A stretch of DNA of 64,000 bases, from NCBI RefSeq assembly GCF_009914755.1, contig NC_060933.1; one strand, given 5' to 3'. A program made the position numbers and the translations under genes. The notes beneath the pieces are model-generated. The model searched no databases and was not told the origin of the DNA. It worked only from the letters and a program-made list of their open reading frames with translations. Below are positions 1 to 12,899 of the stretch, piece by piece. This DNA comes from the human T2T-CHM13v2.0 reference genome, Homo sapiens. Numbering within the stretch: the first letter of the stretch is position 1; every line of letters begins with the position of its first letter.

Positions 1-895
1 ATATTCCTAATCTGGGTTTATTCTATGAAAGAAAAAGGAATTAATCTTTGTTTTTAATCTACACAGCATTCAAACTGGAAAGGCAAATTTCTATTTTCTA
101 ATGCTGGGTTATTAAAATGTATTTCAGATGACAGGCATAAAATACTTATTTCCATACAAACGACAAGACAGCAAAATGAATAGAATCATCATGCTCATGG
201 AAAATGCCAGCACCTCAGAGAGAGGGAGATCCAATCAGAAAAATGCTGTAGCTTTTACCTTTCAGAATAACGATTTACTAAGATTACTTTTAACCAGCTA
301 ATGGCTTTTGGTCTGACAAAATACAACAAATATTGGCATAGCATCTTACAGTATACGCTATATGCTGATAATTATCCCCATTTGGTGTTTATGGAAAATG
401 AAGCCTAGAGGTCTTAATAACAGCGAGTACGTGATGAAGCCAGAGGCCCGGAGGCCTGTGTCTCATCCCCAGTGGCCACGTGACAGGTTATACAAGTGCC
501 AACAAATTGCTGCTCATGAGACTTTTTTGCCCAGCTCTCATTTCATACCATAGTTGCCTTCAGGCTTCCAGAAGCTGTTCACCTCCAGAGCTGCCTCTTT
601 GGCCCAGCCTTCTCCTTGGGGATGGGCGCTCCCCTCACCTTCCATGGCTGCCTTACTCCTGCTCCCATCTCTCCACTGTTGCGTCTTCCCGTCTAGGCCG
701 GTCCCTTCAGACCTGCCTTTCCCTCCTGGAGATATGACACCTGACTCTGATTCAGATAGTCTAGGACCCTGGAAAGGTAAAGAGGAGTTTCCCTCTTCTG
801 AAAAGAGACCCCTGATCTTGCTCCGCACATGGAAATAGCAGAAATATGTCTCCAGTACACTGGCCCCATGCTCTGGTTTACGGGACGGGTCATTA

Positions 896-978
896 CTCCA
901 AGAGAGTCTATCACGGACATTCTGCTCCAAGAGAGTCTATCACGGACATTCTGCTCCAAGAGAGGCTATCACAGACAT
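896..978 (+). repeat. 29-bp tandem repeat, ~2.8 copies (CTCCAAGAGAGTCTATCACGGACATTCTG)
   Basis: Units at 896-924 and 925-953 are identical; the third (954-978) is partial and diverged. Confidence 0.95.
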
Positions 979-1341
979 CCTGGAATGGGAAGGATGCCTT
1001 CACACCGGTTGTGAAAAAGTCACTGGAAGTGGGATAAATTGAAGGCAGGGGCTTTTCCTTTTGCTCTCGAGTTATTTCCTTGGGTCTCCGCTCAGGGTGT
1101 CTGCACTAATCTTCAGTCCATCCCAGGTGGTGGCAACTGGTGAAACCAAGTGCTGCCCTGCATATACCATGTGCATCTGCAGTGGGTTCATCGAAGTTAC
1201 CAGAGCCTGAATGTATGTGAAAGGCCACATTCTCCAGGGGGCCCTCTAACATATTCAGCAAGAGGGTGGCAACTTGAGGGGCCCGATAACTTTCAGGATG
1301 TACTAGATCAAACTGCCTCAGAGTTATCTCAGGAGGGCTGC

Positions 1342-1647
1342 TTTTTTTTTTTTTTTTTTTTTTTGAGACGGAGTCTTGCTCTGTAGCCCAGGGTGGTGGA
1401 GCGCAGTGGCGCAATCTCAGCTCACTGCAACCTCTGCCTCTCAGCTTCAAGCAATTCTCCTGTCTCAGCCTCCCAGGTAGCTAGGATTACAGGCATGTGC
1501 CCCCACACTCGGCTAATTTTTATATTTTTAGTAGAGATGGGATTTCGCCATGTTGGCAAGGCTGGTCTTGAACTTCTGACCTCATGATCCACCCGTCTCC
1601 GCCTCCCAAAGTGTTGGGATTATAGGCATGAACCACCGCGCCTGGCC
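1342..1647 (-). mobile_element. Alu (AluS-type) with 12-bp TSD
   Basis: Poly-T then reverse Alu; TSD AGGGCTGCTTTT at 1334-1345 and 1649-1660, followed by AA (L1 endonuclease TTTT/AA site). Confidence 0.95.
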
Positions 1648-4518
1648 AAGGGCTGCTTTTAACAGAACTCTGCACACAACTGTTCTGACCGCCTCTTGGT
1701 ACACTCCCCATCAGTCTCTCCTTCTGTTCTTGTAGTGGCATGTCTCCATTCATTTTTATTGTTAATATCAATCTGGGGGGACCTTAAAGCAAACGCTGTA
1801 TTGTCTGATTCCTTTCTCCATCCATTGGAGCTGTCGCTGTCGCAGGGGGCTGTACGTTGACCTTCAGGCAGCCTCTGGATGGGGTCGTCACCTCTGCAGT
1901 TGTCAACCGGCCATCCTGCTATGGCACCCTTGGGCGTCCCTGCAGGCTGTACTCTGAACTCTGCCCTGACATCCTCTCCCAGGGGCGTGTCTCCAGGACA
2001 GGAAACACTACTTTCCAGCAGAGTGATTTCTGGTACCAGTGTGCTACCCCTTGTGGGAGATAAGAAAATTCCTGGAAACTCTCTGCATTTCCTGCCTAGA
2101 ACACCCCTTCTGAGAGTTCTCTTCCCTCCCCCAGGTTCCTCTAAAAGTTCCTCCTCTGAGCTGTCTGTCAGTGGACTCCAGAAGTAACCATTTCTGGGTG
2201 GGCTCTGCCCAGTCTCCTCTAAAACCTTACTATCTACATAGGTGTGTCTGAGTTGTGGCTGAACCCCAACCTCTCAGGAAACATCTCATCCTCACTGGAG
2301 TTCTGAATATGTCTATTTCCTGTTCTGTCATATTGTTGTTCAGCAGACTCCTCCTGCTTAAGACTTTTAGCAGGGGGCATGGCACCTCCTCCCTCCCTCT
2401 CATTCCTAACTGTAGTTTCTTGCCGCCCACAAGACCGATAGCCAGGAAAATTCTCCAGGAAGGAATTTGAAAATTCCAAAGACAAGGCCATTTCTGACAA
2501 GTTGTTCTGGGAGCTTAAAGGGAAGCTATGAATATCCATTTGGGTACCAGACTGGTCTCTGAGCAGAGGGGGAGGATCAGATGATCTCAGATAACCCTTT
2601 TTCTTATTTCCTAGAGCATTTGAACTTTGGCAAAGGTTAGACCAAGGGAGTCCTACAGAAGTTTGGGGACTTTTCAACTTGTGCTTTTTGGGAGAGCTGC
2701 ACAAGAACTTCTGGGCCCAATTTATAACATGACTCAGCTTCTGTGCCTCAGGGACAAAGGCATCAGCCACCATATGGAGATGCCATTCAGTTGGGCAGCA
2801 ATTTCTCTTGGGCCCCCACTGGGCTCTCTGGTCCCAGTATTGCTCTGCTTCTCCGGGAGTCACTTTGGACACTTCAAGGAGCAGAGGTTTCTTTCCATTT
2901 GCTAAATAATGAGGTAACGCCTGAAGGCCCCTCAGCCTGAAGGTCTGATGTTCTGTGGGGTTCACTTGGATGTCTTGGGAAGCCATCAACACTGATTGGC
3001 TGCCATTTCTGGAAGAATCACCCTTGAGGATCCCAATGCTTTCACAGTAAGTTACACACTTGGCTCGTGAGAGCTTTAGGCCATGGGATTGAGGAATGTC
3101 TGCTTCATTCTGTGGAGAATGTGCAGTCTGTATGGGAGGTAATGGATTCATCTGCAAATTTTTTAAAAAGAGACATTTTTTAAATACATGCTGTTTCAGG
3201 CAGAAGCAACAGCATGTGTGAAGGCTTCCAGATGAGCAAATTTGGCCAGAAGAAACTGGCCCAGGCCAAGGGCTGCAGACCCCTGGGGTGGAGCGAGTCA
3301 CAGTTGCTGCAAGTCATTGGAGAATCCATATGTGAGCTAAAAAATGCCTGAATAATAAACAAATAACACTGCAATTCATGAAATACATATTCATATGCAA
3401 ATGACTTCTGAACTCAGAGAAGCCTTTTGACATTGTGTATTTTCTTAATCCTTATACTAAAAGTATAATGACGAAAAGTATAATGACTGTCATGTCACTT
3501 TTGGAGAAAAAATTTCAGGATGAAACCATGACTTTATATTAAAAAAGTCATGGTCCATGTTGGCCTAGACTTAGCCTGTGCCCTCCCGCTTCCCTGACCC
3601 CTGTTTAGTGTTCTCAGGCTGCATTTGACTCTATGCCCAATAGGAAATCAATCTCATAAATAAATGCATGTTTAGGTGTTGCTAAGTTACAAGAAGTTAT
3701 AATCTTATACACATAATGTTGATACTAAATAACACTAAATAGACACTTTGAAATATGTATTTATGCACTTTGACAAATAATTTCTGAAGACATCATGTCT
3801 GTTCTGGAAGTAACAGATATTTGCGTCATGGAATTTTCCACGAGAAAAAGGAGCCATCTATCTTAGAAGGCAAAGGAGTGATTATACATGAAAAATCCTT
3901 TCTAGCCCAGTGGCTTTTGCAATGCATTCTGCAGAGCTCCATATTTGCAAGGAAAATCAGAGATCATGACAGAAGGGGTTTGGAGGGGGCCAAGGGGACT
4001 GCAGGATTTGAAACCCTTCATGCACTTCAACTAGAGCAATTCTAGTACATTTTAAATGGCAAGACTTCCTTTAAGGAAAGGATTCAACTGCCATGAAAAA
4101 GCATTTGAAATCTTCTGTACAATATTCTTACTTTGCAGAATAGGGGACCGAGGCTTAGAATGATGAAGTGACTTCTTCAAGGTCAGCCTGGTTGAGAACA
4201 GCAAGGTCATGCATGATAAGGGCCCTGTCTCCATTGCACCACAGTAGTGGGACATCCTCAGACTGGCAGCACGCCTGCAATCTCTCATGTAGTATCATCT
4301 ACCATATCTGACCATTCCAGCTCACCATGAATGACACCTTCTACAAACGATACCACTTAGTGTCTGTACATTGCTTAGAAACTATCATGTATTGCTTCTT
4401 TACTCATGCTTATTATATTGGTCATTTTAATTTTTGTTTCTTGAGTTATCTAATGTTTTACAAAAACATTTATTTTGAAACAACTCAAATTTACAAAATG
4501 TTATAGGTATAGTATAAA

Positions 4519-4630
4519 TAGGGTAACCAACCATCCCTGTTTGCCTGGAACTGAGGGGTTTCCCCGACACATGGCCATCAATGCTAAAACTGAGACTATC
4601 CCAGACAAACGAAGCTGGTCAGTCACCCCA
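4519..4630. mobile_element. MER81-like hAT-Blackjack MITE
   Basis: Termini tagggtaaccaacc...ggtcagtcacccca resemble the TAGGGTGACC TIR; recognised from memory of the consensus. Confidence 0.6.
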
Positions 4631-6861
4631 AGTAAAAAGTCATTTTATCCCCTTGAGAGTAAGTTGCCAACCTAATAGTCCATCATCCCTGAATAATTTA
4701 GTGTAGATTTTCTACAAACAAGGACATTATCTTTCATACTTTACAACATAGCCAGCAAAAACAGGAAAGTAACATTGATACATTATGACCATCTTATCCT
4801 CATACTCCATTCAATATTCACCAGTTGTTCCAGTAATGTCCTTTCTAGCAAAGGATTCAATTCAAAATCATGCATTGCATTTAGTTGCCATGCCTCTTTA
4901 GTCTCCTTCAATCTGGACAGATCCTCAGTCTTTCCTTGACTTAATGATGTATCTAATTTTTAAGGTAGCCACATCTAGTCTCTCTGATTTAGGGCACATA
5001 TAGTAGGTTATGGGTTTTTTTTTCTTTTATATTTTTAGAGCACCAATAACATTTTTTAACCATGTAGAATGTGCTTCATAAATAACTGATCAACAAGCAT
5101 GAAGTCAGCCAGACTCCATAACTGAAGGTAGCCATGATTCTGCTGGGATATTGAACTGGTTGTTCTCAGCAACAACTTGAACTCCCAAAGGGTCTGGTTT
5201 TCACACTGTAGCAAAGTCAAAGAACGAGAAGACTCTTTACTCTTCAGCTCTTCTTTGAAACCAAGAACATTTCATCTAGGCTGGCCCCAATCAATAATCT
5301 CAGCAGACTGGACTAGCTCATCAAAGAGTGAGATACTGGGACTGTGGAAGCTAGTCTGAAGACCATATGGTTTCAGCTTTTTACCCTTTTCTCATTACAT
5401 TGCACATTGCCTTGCACTAACCTTATTTTTTATCATGATGCATATAAGGGTGTCATTAGGGCCACAGTGGAGTAAAGATGACTTGGCTATTGTCTAGGCC
5501 ACTTGTGCCTGTCACTTATTAGAGATGGACACTCAGATCCAGAAAGTAGGACCACAGCTATGCCCACAAGAAGTAAGTAGCCAACTTATAAAGGAACCCG
5601 TGGCTTTTGGAAGCCCAGCGCTCTTTCCACAGCTTTCTCACTGTAAACAATAACAGCATGAAGACCCATTGTCAGGAAATTGTACTCATGTATAATTAGT
5701 ATCACTGTATACTTAGGACCTCAGAAACCCAGAAACTAGTACTTGAATTGAAAAAAATAAACCCTTAGTGTGTGGGTGTATGTGTGTGTGTGTGTACATA
5801 TATTTATATGTATGTATATATGTATATAAAATCAGGGTCCAGTGAGAGATATGAAAAATGTGTGATAACAATAACAACAAAATAATAACAGTAGCTGTTA
5901 ACACATAGCACTTAATGCTTTGAAAACAGAAGACAGATAGGTTAAGTAACTTGCCCAAGGTCACATAGCTGTAGATAGGAAAGCCAGAATTTCAGCCCAA
6001 GTCTACTGGTTTCAGAGTTCTTGTTTTTCTTAACTCTTGGATATATTACCTCTCACTTTTAATTATTTAGCTGGCTCTGCATTGTCATAACCAATGTATA
6101 GCTCAAGTTGTATTTTTAGAACCCAAATTCATAAGCCATTAATTCAAACACAAATAAACTGGTCTGCCCATGGAAAAGAAAATATCTGAAGCCAAACAGA
6201 AAAAAGAAAAAGTTTTACAATTATGATTTGCAATTACTTAAGAGCATTGTATACAACTGACAGTGTCGGTATATATAGATAAACAGATAGTTGCTTAATA
6301 AGCCTTTATTTCATTCCTTCTTGAATGACAGAATTTCTCTTTGGACCTCTGCGCTTCACTGTGTCCATAGCTGCTCCTTGCAAGTGACTGAAAACTTCCA
6401 AGAAATAAGCTTTGCCTCCCAGCTCCTCTGCAGGGTGCAGTCTGTACATGCCACCTATAGGCATGAAAAAGATGCTTGCTTTCTCCAGCATAGCCAGTGG
6501 GACTGCTTAGTGGGCTGTAAACCCCAAAGATTGTAGCAGGCAGAGCAGAAGTCAAGGGAGAGGCAAAGGGAATGGTTCACGCAAAACTTGTGACATTAAG
6601 AGAGAGAGTGGGGAGAAAAGCTGCAAGTGAATTTAAGGAAAGAAAACAGAAGCGTAACCACATTAAATTAAGGGCAGGGAAAACAAGGAGAATGATACAT
6701 CAGTTACAAACTGGAAACAGAGGTTGTCTTTTACCAAAAGCCAAACTACCTGCACAGTGATAAATTATTAGAACACAAAATAGTTTCTTCTTTTAGTACG
6801 ATAAACCGGGAAACAATGCACAATGCACACGTTTTAAAAAAAAAAAAAAGAAAGAAAACAA

Positions 6862-7157
<296 letters not shown>

Positions 7158-7679
7158 ATAAAAATAAAAAGTAAAACAAAATAACACTACATATTCTAAA
7201 AGAAGACTTTCCCTCCTCAAATCTAACAGACACCGTTGTTCTATTTCTGGTGCTTATACAATATCTGTCTCATTTAAAATAACCTGCAATTCCATCTCAG
7301 ACAAGTCTATAACGGAAGTAGCTGATGGATAAAACTCTCCTCATTTTCTCCACCCCTACTTTAAGGCTAAAGCTTCAGGATTCTCTAAGCCAGGACCCAG
7401 GTGAGAGAACAGTCTCCTCTAAATGAAGAACTCTCTCCCCAGCCTCAGGACTTTGTTATTTTACATATATTTATCTCTCCTCTCATGCCGAGTATATGGT
7501 AGAACCTCAACACACTCTTGTTAACTAGCTAAAGAATCAATCTAATTTGATCTAAACAATCAAATTTTCATTTTTAACTTTTCACTCAGGAAAAAAATAT
7601 TCTACTTTCCCCTTGGCCACTACTTCATCATTTTGGAAGCTCCAGCAGGTGGTACAGCACATTAAAAATACATGGATTC

Positions 7680-8143
7680 TGCCAGGCACAGTGGAACATG
7701 CCTGTAATCCCAGCTATTTGAGAGGCTGAGGTGGGAGGATCACTTGAGCCCAGGAGTTCAAGACTGTAGTGAGCCATGACTGCACCTGTGAAAAGCCTCT
7801 GCACTATAGTCTGAGCAACACAGTGAGACCTCATCCTTAAATATTAATTAATTAAGTCGGGCACAGTGGCTCACACCTGTAACCCAGCACTCTGGGAGGC
7901 TGAGGTGGGCTGATCACCTGAGTTCAAGGCCAGCCTGGCCAACGGGGAAACCCCATCTCTACTAAAAATACAAAAATTAGCCAGGCATGTTGGTGTGCAT
8001 CTGTAATCTCAGCTACTCAAGAGACTGAGGCATGAGAATTGCTTAAAACCCTAGAGGCAGAGGTTGGAATGAGTCAAGATCATGCCACTGCATTCCAGCC
8101 TGGGCAACAGAGCAAGACTCTGTCTCAAAAAATAAATAAATAA
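7680..8143 (+). mobile_element. Alu monomer (FLAM/FRAM-like, ~7680-7840) followed by a full Alu (~7856-8143)
   Basis: Two consecutive Alu-derived sequences; (TAAA)n tail. Confidence 0.85.
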
Positions 8144-8273
8144 ATATTAATTAATTTTTAAAAATATTTAAAGAATATGTGTGGATTCTAGAGTCAGGCA
8201 AACAATTTTGGGTTTAAATCCCAGGTCTACCATGAGCTATCAATGTCCCTTTAGGTAAATGACTCAACCTTGG

Positions 8274-11200
8274 TTATATGGTTTGGCTGGGTCCCCACCC
8301 AAATCTCATCTTGAATTGTAGCTCCAATAATCCCCATGTGTCATGGGAGGGACCCTGTGGGAGGTAATTGAATCATGGTGGTGGGTTTTCCCATGCTGTT
8401 CTCCTGATAGTGAATAAGTCTCAAAGATCTGATGGTTTTACAAAGCGCAGTTCCCCTGCACATAGTCTCTTGCCTGCTGCCATGTAAGACATGGCTTTGT
8501 TCCTCCTTCGCCTTCCACCATGATTGTGAGGCCTCCCCAGCCATGTAGAACTGATACAGACAGTAGACAGGGAAACACTGGGTAGAAAAGGGTGGTTCCC
8601 TGGCAAAGGCCCCACTCTCAAGCCTAAAGACCCACAGCCCTAAACAAGGATAGGCATTCCTGTTTTTGCACCCAAAAAGTTGCTTTTTGGACTACCATGC
8701 TCCCTATCCTGTACCCATATAAACCCTGAACCCCAGGCTCCAGAGCAGACCAGCAGACAAAGAGATGAGACAAGCAGAAAGACAGCAAATGATGTGGCAG
8801 AGAAAGAGAGAAGAGGAACGTCTGAACACCAAGAAGAGTTGGACTGGGGGTAGTTGGAGAGGAGTTAGGCCACTGGACAGCCCAACTCCAGGGGAAGATC
8901 ATCTTCCCATTCCATCCCCTCCTACCAGCTCCCCATCCATCCTGATGAGAGCCACCTCCACCACTCAATAAAACTTCACATTCATCCTTCAAGCCCATGT
9001 GTGACCCGATTCTTCTGGGATGCTGGGCAAGAGCTCAGGGTATTAAAAGCTATCACACTGGCCCTCTACCCTTGCAAAAAGGCAGAGGGTCCATTGAGCT
9101 GGTTAACACTCAAGCCATCTGTGGATGGCAAGGGTAAGAGAGCTTTGTAACACTGGGGCCACAGACACCCACCCCTAGACAGTAGACACTACCACAGGGC
9201 TGGAGCCTATAGTGCTCCCCTGGCTCCTGCCTGTCTGCGTGCTCCCCCTTGTCAGGGGCAAGCCACACTCCTGTCACACATCCTGCTAAGGGGATCAGGG
9301 AACTCTCCCATTTCAAAACTGTGAGTCCATTAAACCTCTTTTTCTTTATAAATTACCCAGTCTCAGGTATGTCTTTACTAGCAGTGTGAGAACGGACTAA
9401 TACAGTAAATTGATACTGCAGACAGTAGGGTGCTGCTGCAAAGGTACCTGAAAATGTGGAAGCAAATTTGGAACTTGGTAACAGGCAGAGGTTGGAATGG
9501 TTTGAGGAGCTCAGAAGAAGACAGGAAAATATGGGAAAGTTTGGAACTTCCTAGAGACTTCTAGGGCTCAGAAGACAGGAAGATATGGGAAAGTTTGGAA
9601 CTTCCTAGAGACTTATTGAATGCTTTTGGCCAAAATGTTGATAGTGATATAGACAATAATGTCCAGGCTAACGTGGTCTCAGATACAGATAAGGAACTTG
9701 TTGGAAACTAGAATAAAGGTCACTCTTGCTATGCAAAGAGACTGGCAGCATTTTGCCCCTGCCCCAGAGATCTGTGGAACTTTGAACTTGAGAGAGATGA
9801 TTTGGGGTATCTGGTGGAAGAAATTTCTAAGCAGCAAAGTGTTCAAGAGGAAGCAGAGCATAAAAGTTCAGAAAATTTGCAGCCTGACAATGTGATGGAA
9901 AAGAAAACCCCATTTTCTGGGGAGAAATTCAAGCTGGCTGCAGAAATTTGCATAGTAACGAGGAGCTAAATGTTAATCACCAAGACAATGGGGAAAATGT
10001 CTCCAGGTCATGTCAGACAGCTTTGTGGAAGCCCCTTCCATCACAGGCCCAGAGACCTAGGAGGAAAAAATGATTTCCTGAGCCAGGTCCCAGGCCCCCT
10101 TGCTGTGTGTAGCCTAGGGACTTGGTGCCCTGTGTCCCAGCTGCTCCAGCCATGGCTAACAGGGCCCAAGGTACAGCTCAGGCTGTGGCTTCAGAGGATG
10201 CAGGCCCCAATCCTTGGCAGCTTCCACGTGGTCTTGAGCCTGCGGGTACACAAAAGCCAAGAACCGAGGTTTGGAAACCACTGCCTATATTTCAGAGGAT
10301 GTATGGAAACACCTGAACGTCCACGCAGAAGTTTGCTGGAGGAGCAGGGCCCTCATGGAGAACCTCTGCTAGGGCAGTGCGAAAGGGAAATGTGGGGTTG
10401 AAGCCACTGAAGCCCCCACACAGAGTCCCCACTGGGGCACTGCCTAGTGGAGCTATGAGAAGAGGGCCTGTAAAATCACAAGCAAGTTAGTTAATTTCTA
10501 GATACAATGGGGGTAAAGGCATTGGATAAATATACCCTTTCCAAATGGGAGAAACTGGCCAAAACAAAGGGGCTATAGGCCCCATGTAAGTCTGAAATTC
10601 AATACTGTAGTCATTCTCCCCACCCCAGAATGGTAGATCCACTAACAGCTTACACCATGCACCTGGAAATGCTGCAAACACTCAACACCAGCTGTGAAAG
10701 CAGCTGGGAGGCAGTCTGTACCCTACAAAGCCACACAGGCAGAGTTGTCCAAGGTTGTGGGAGCCCACTTCTTGCATCAGCATGACCTGGATGTGAGGCA
10801 TAAAGTCAAAGGAGATCATTTTGGAACTTTAAAGTTTAATGACTTCCCTATTGGGTTTCAGACTTACATGGTGCCTATAGCCCCTTTGTTTTGGCCAGTT
10901 TCTCCCATTTGGAAAGGGGGTATTTATCCGATGCTTTTACCCCCCATTGTATCTAGAAATTAACTAACTTGCTTGTGATTTTACAGGCTCATTGGTGGAA
11001 GGGATTTGCCTTGTCTCAGATGAGACTTTGGACTGTGGACTTTTGAGTTAATGCTGAAATGAATTAAGACTTTGGGAGACTGTTGGGAAGGCATGATTGG
11101 TTTCAGAATGTGAGGACATGAGATTTGGGAGAAGCCAGGGGCAGAATGATATGGTTTGGCTTTGTCCCCACCCAAATATCATTTTGAATTATAGCTCCCA

Positions 11201-11506
11201 TAATCCCCACGTCATGGGAGGGACCCAGAGGGAGGTAATTGAATCATGGGGGCAGTTTCCCGCATACTGTTCTCATGGTAGTGAATAAGTTTCTCACTAC
11301 CATGGTTTTATAAAGGCCAGTTCCCTTGCACACACTCTCTTGCCTGCTGCCATGTAAGACATGCCTTTGCTCCTCCTTCGCCTTCCGCCATGATTGTGAG
11401 GCCTCCCCAGCCACGTGGAACTGTGAGTCCATTAAACCTATTTTTCTTTATAAATGACCCAGTCTCAGGTATGTCTTTATCAGCAATGTGAGAACAGACT
11501 AATACA
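8274..11506 (+). mobile_element. THE1 (ERVL-MaLR) provirus: 5' LTR 8274-9404 (interrupted), internal 9405-11146, 3' LTR 11147-11506
   Basis: Both LTRs start t(g/t)atatggtttggct and end gactaataca; THE1-type internal sequence lies between; inserted in a MIR-like flank. Confidence 0.9.
8552..9315 (+). mobile_element. ERV1 solo LTR (MER50-like) nested in the THE1 5' LTR
   Basis: TG...CA termini (tgatacagacag...ctcccatttca), near-identical 4-bp flanks gaac/aaac; the THE1 LTR resumes exactly after it. Confidence 0.75.
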
Positions 11507-12623
11507 TTCGGTTTCCTCATTCATAAAAATAGAGTTGGGGGGTGGGGAAGTGGGTCTTAAACTTTTCCTATCTCACGGTACAGGAATAAAGGGGGATAAA
11601 ATATCTTAGGTGTCTGGTCCAGAAAAGGTAATTATAAATGTTACTTATGTTTCCTTCTCCTCCTAATTTATCCAATAAATGCAAAAACTCTGAGGCACTC
11701 ACTGTCTTTTGCTCTTTATCCATTCATCAAACTTTCCTTGGAGCCTAATTGCATGCCAGATACATAACTTCATAAAACACATGTGGTTGTCTCTGGTCCT
11801 GTGGAACTACAGTGACAGGGGAGGGGGCAGAAATGAAACAGCTTACTGATAAATGAGTGAATGAATTTGGCTAGATTAATAGGAGTGGGTGAAAGGTAGC
11901 ATGAATAAACACTCCATTAGGGAAAAAGAAAATTAAGCTAAATTCAAAGTACCAAGTGTGCACGTGGAAGCCAGATCCTGGGAGTTTCTGAAATTCTCTG
12001 CGCCTCCCTTTCCTCTTCTACAAAATGGAGATAGTAATAGATGGTAACTCTTTTGGGTTACTGTGAAAAGTAAAACAACACTCCCCTCCCTCATCCTCAC
12101 TAACCCAGCATATCAACCAGTTTTCTGAGATGTCTAGATTTCCATTTGGCCTCCAGCCAGCTTGAACAGCCAAACTGCCCCCAAGAAAGCACCCTGAATG
12201 TGAGGTCATCCAGGGTCCTAGGACTCCATCATACCCACTCCAAAACTAAAAGCCCACAGACCGTGGGGGTAGGACCTGACTAGCTGAAACATGCTGACCA
12301 AGCTACCTGAAGCACCTCTGAGGTATGCCCAGGCCTCAGGGTTGTCAAGCAGAAAAACCAGCACCTCCAGCCAGGTGTGTCTCTCTCATAAAGAAAGCTG
12401 AAACAGTTTTCCCTGCTTCTGAGTGGCAAGCTCGCCCCCAGATGTTTCTGAGAGCACCGCCCTTGCATTCCCACCAGGCCACCTGAGAACCTGGCCTCCC
12501 ACATCTGGATTCGGCTGAAGCAGCAGTGTTTGAGAGAAAGGTGAGACTGGACAGTCAAGAAAGGGACAGAAAGTCGACGGTCTGGGAACTATCCCAGCGT
12601 GGACATTTACAGAAGCCACATAC

Positions 12624-12736
12624 CTGTGTGTCCTCACTCCTCACAGGAGGACCGTGCAAAGGCAAATTGCTAGGCAGGTAGACCTCACAGATTCTCTCAG
12701 CCGGGCAGTCGGTGAGTCTGTCCAAAGCATTTGAAT
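12624..12736 (-). pseudogene. Putative exon 2 of the lost gene (113 nt, open frame)
   Basis: Acceptor ttcttaacattttatcttcag|ATT; donor CAG|GTATGT; phase 1 to phase 0; reads (D)SNALDRLTDCPAERICEVYLPSNLPLHG...SEDTQ with no stop. Confidence 0.55.
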
Positions 12737-12899
12737 CTGAAGATAAAATGTTAAGAAGAAAATCCTAGAAAAACATGTCACATATATTCTACCCACCGAA
12801 CCAAACAAAAACAAAAAAGAAACACTTAATTTTTAATAATGGGCGCAAGAAGTACTCAAAGTAATAAATAATAATAATAATAAAAGTTACTTCTTAGCC

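Larger units (their letters stand above)
538..3347 (-). pseudogene. Large disrupted coding exon of a putative unitary pseudogene (unknown product)
   Basis: Acceptor ttatttgtttattattcag|GCA at 3347. Successive long stop-free minus frames: 3301-2237 (355 aa ORF), 2273-1662 (204 codons, no start so absent from the ORF track), ~1783-1649 plus 1345-1109 across an Alu, then past one TAG to ~960, then 930-541. Unique, non-repeat sequence. Confidence 0.7.

Noticed and set aside
2234-3301. 355-aa ORF as a standalone intact gene
   Set aside because: GTG start and no promoter; better explained as a fragment of a larger disrupted exon.
6295-6555. Overlapping short ORFs with an acceptor-like site near 6455
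   Set aside because: No convincing donor, and the phase-0 frame hits a stop; cannot be placed in the gene model.
9509-9614. ~55-bp direct repeat at the start of the THE1 internal region
   Set aside because: As I recall, this is a normal feature of some THE1 internal consensuses rather than a locus-specific event.
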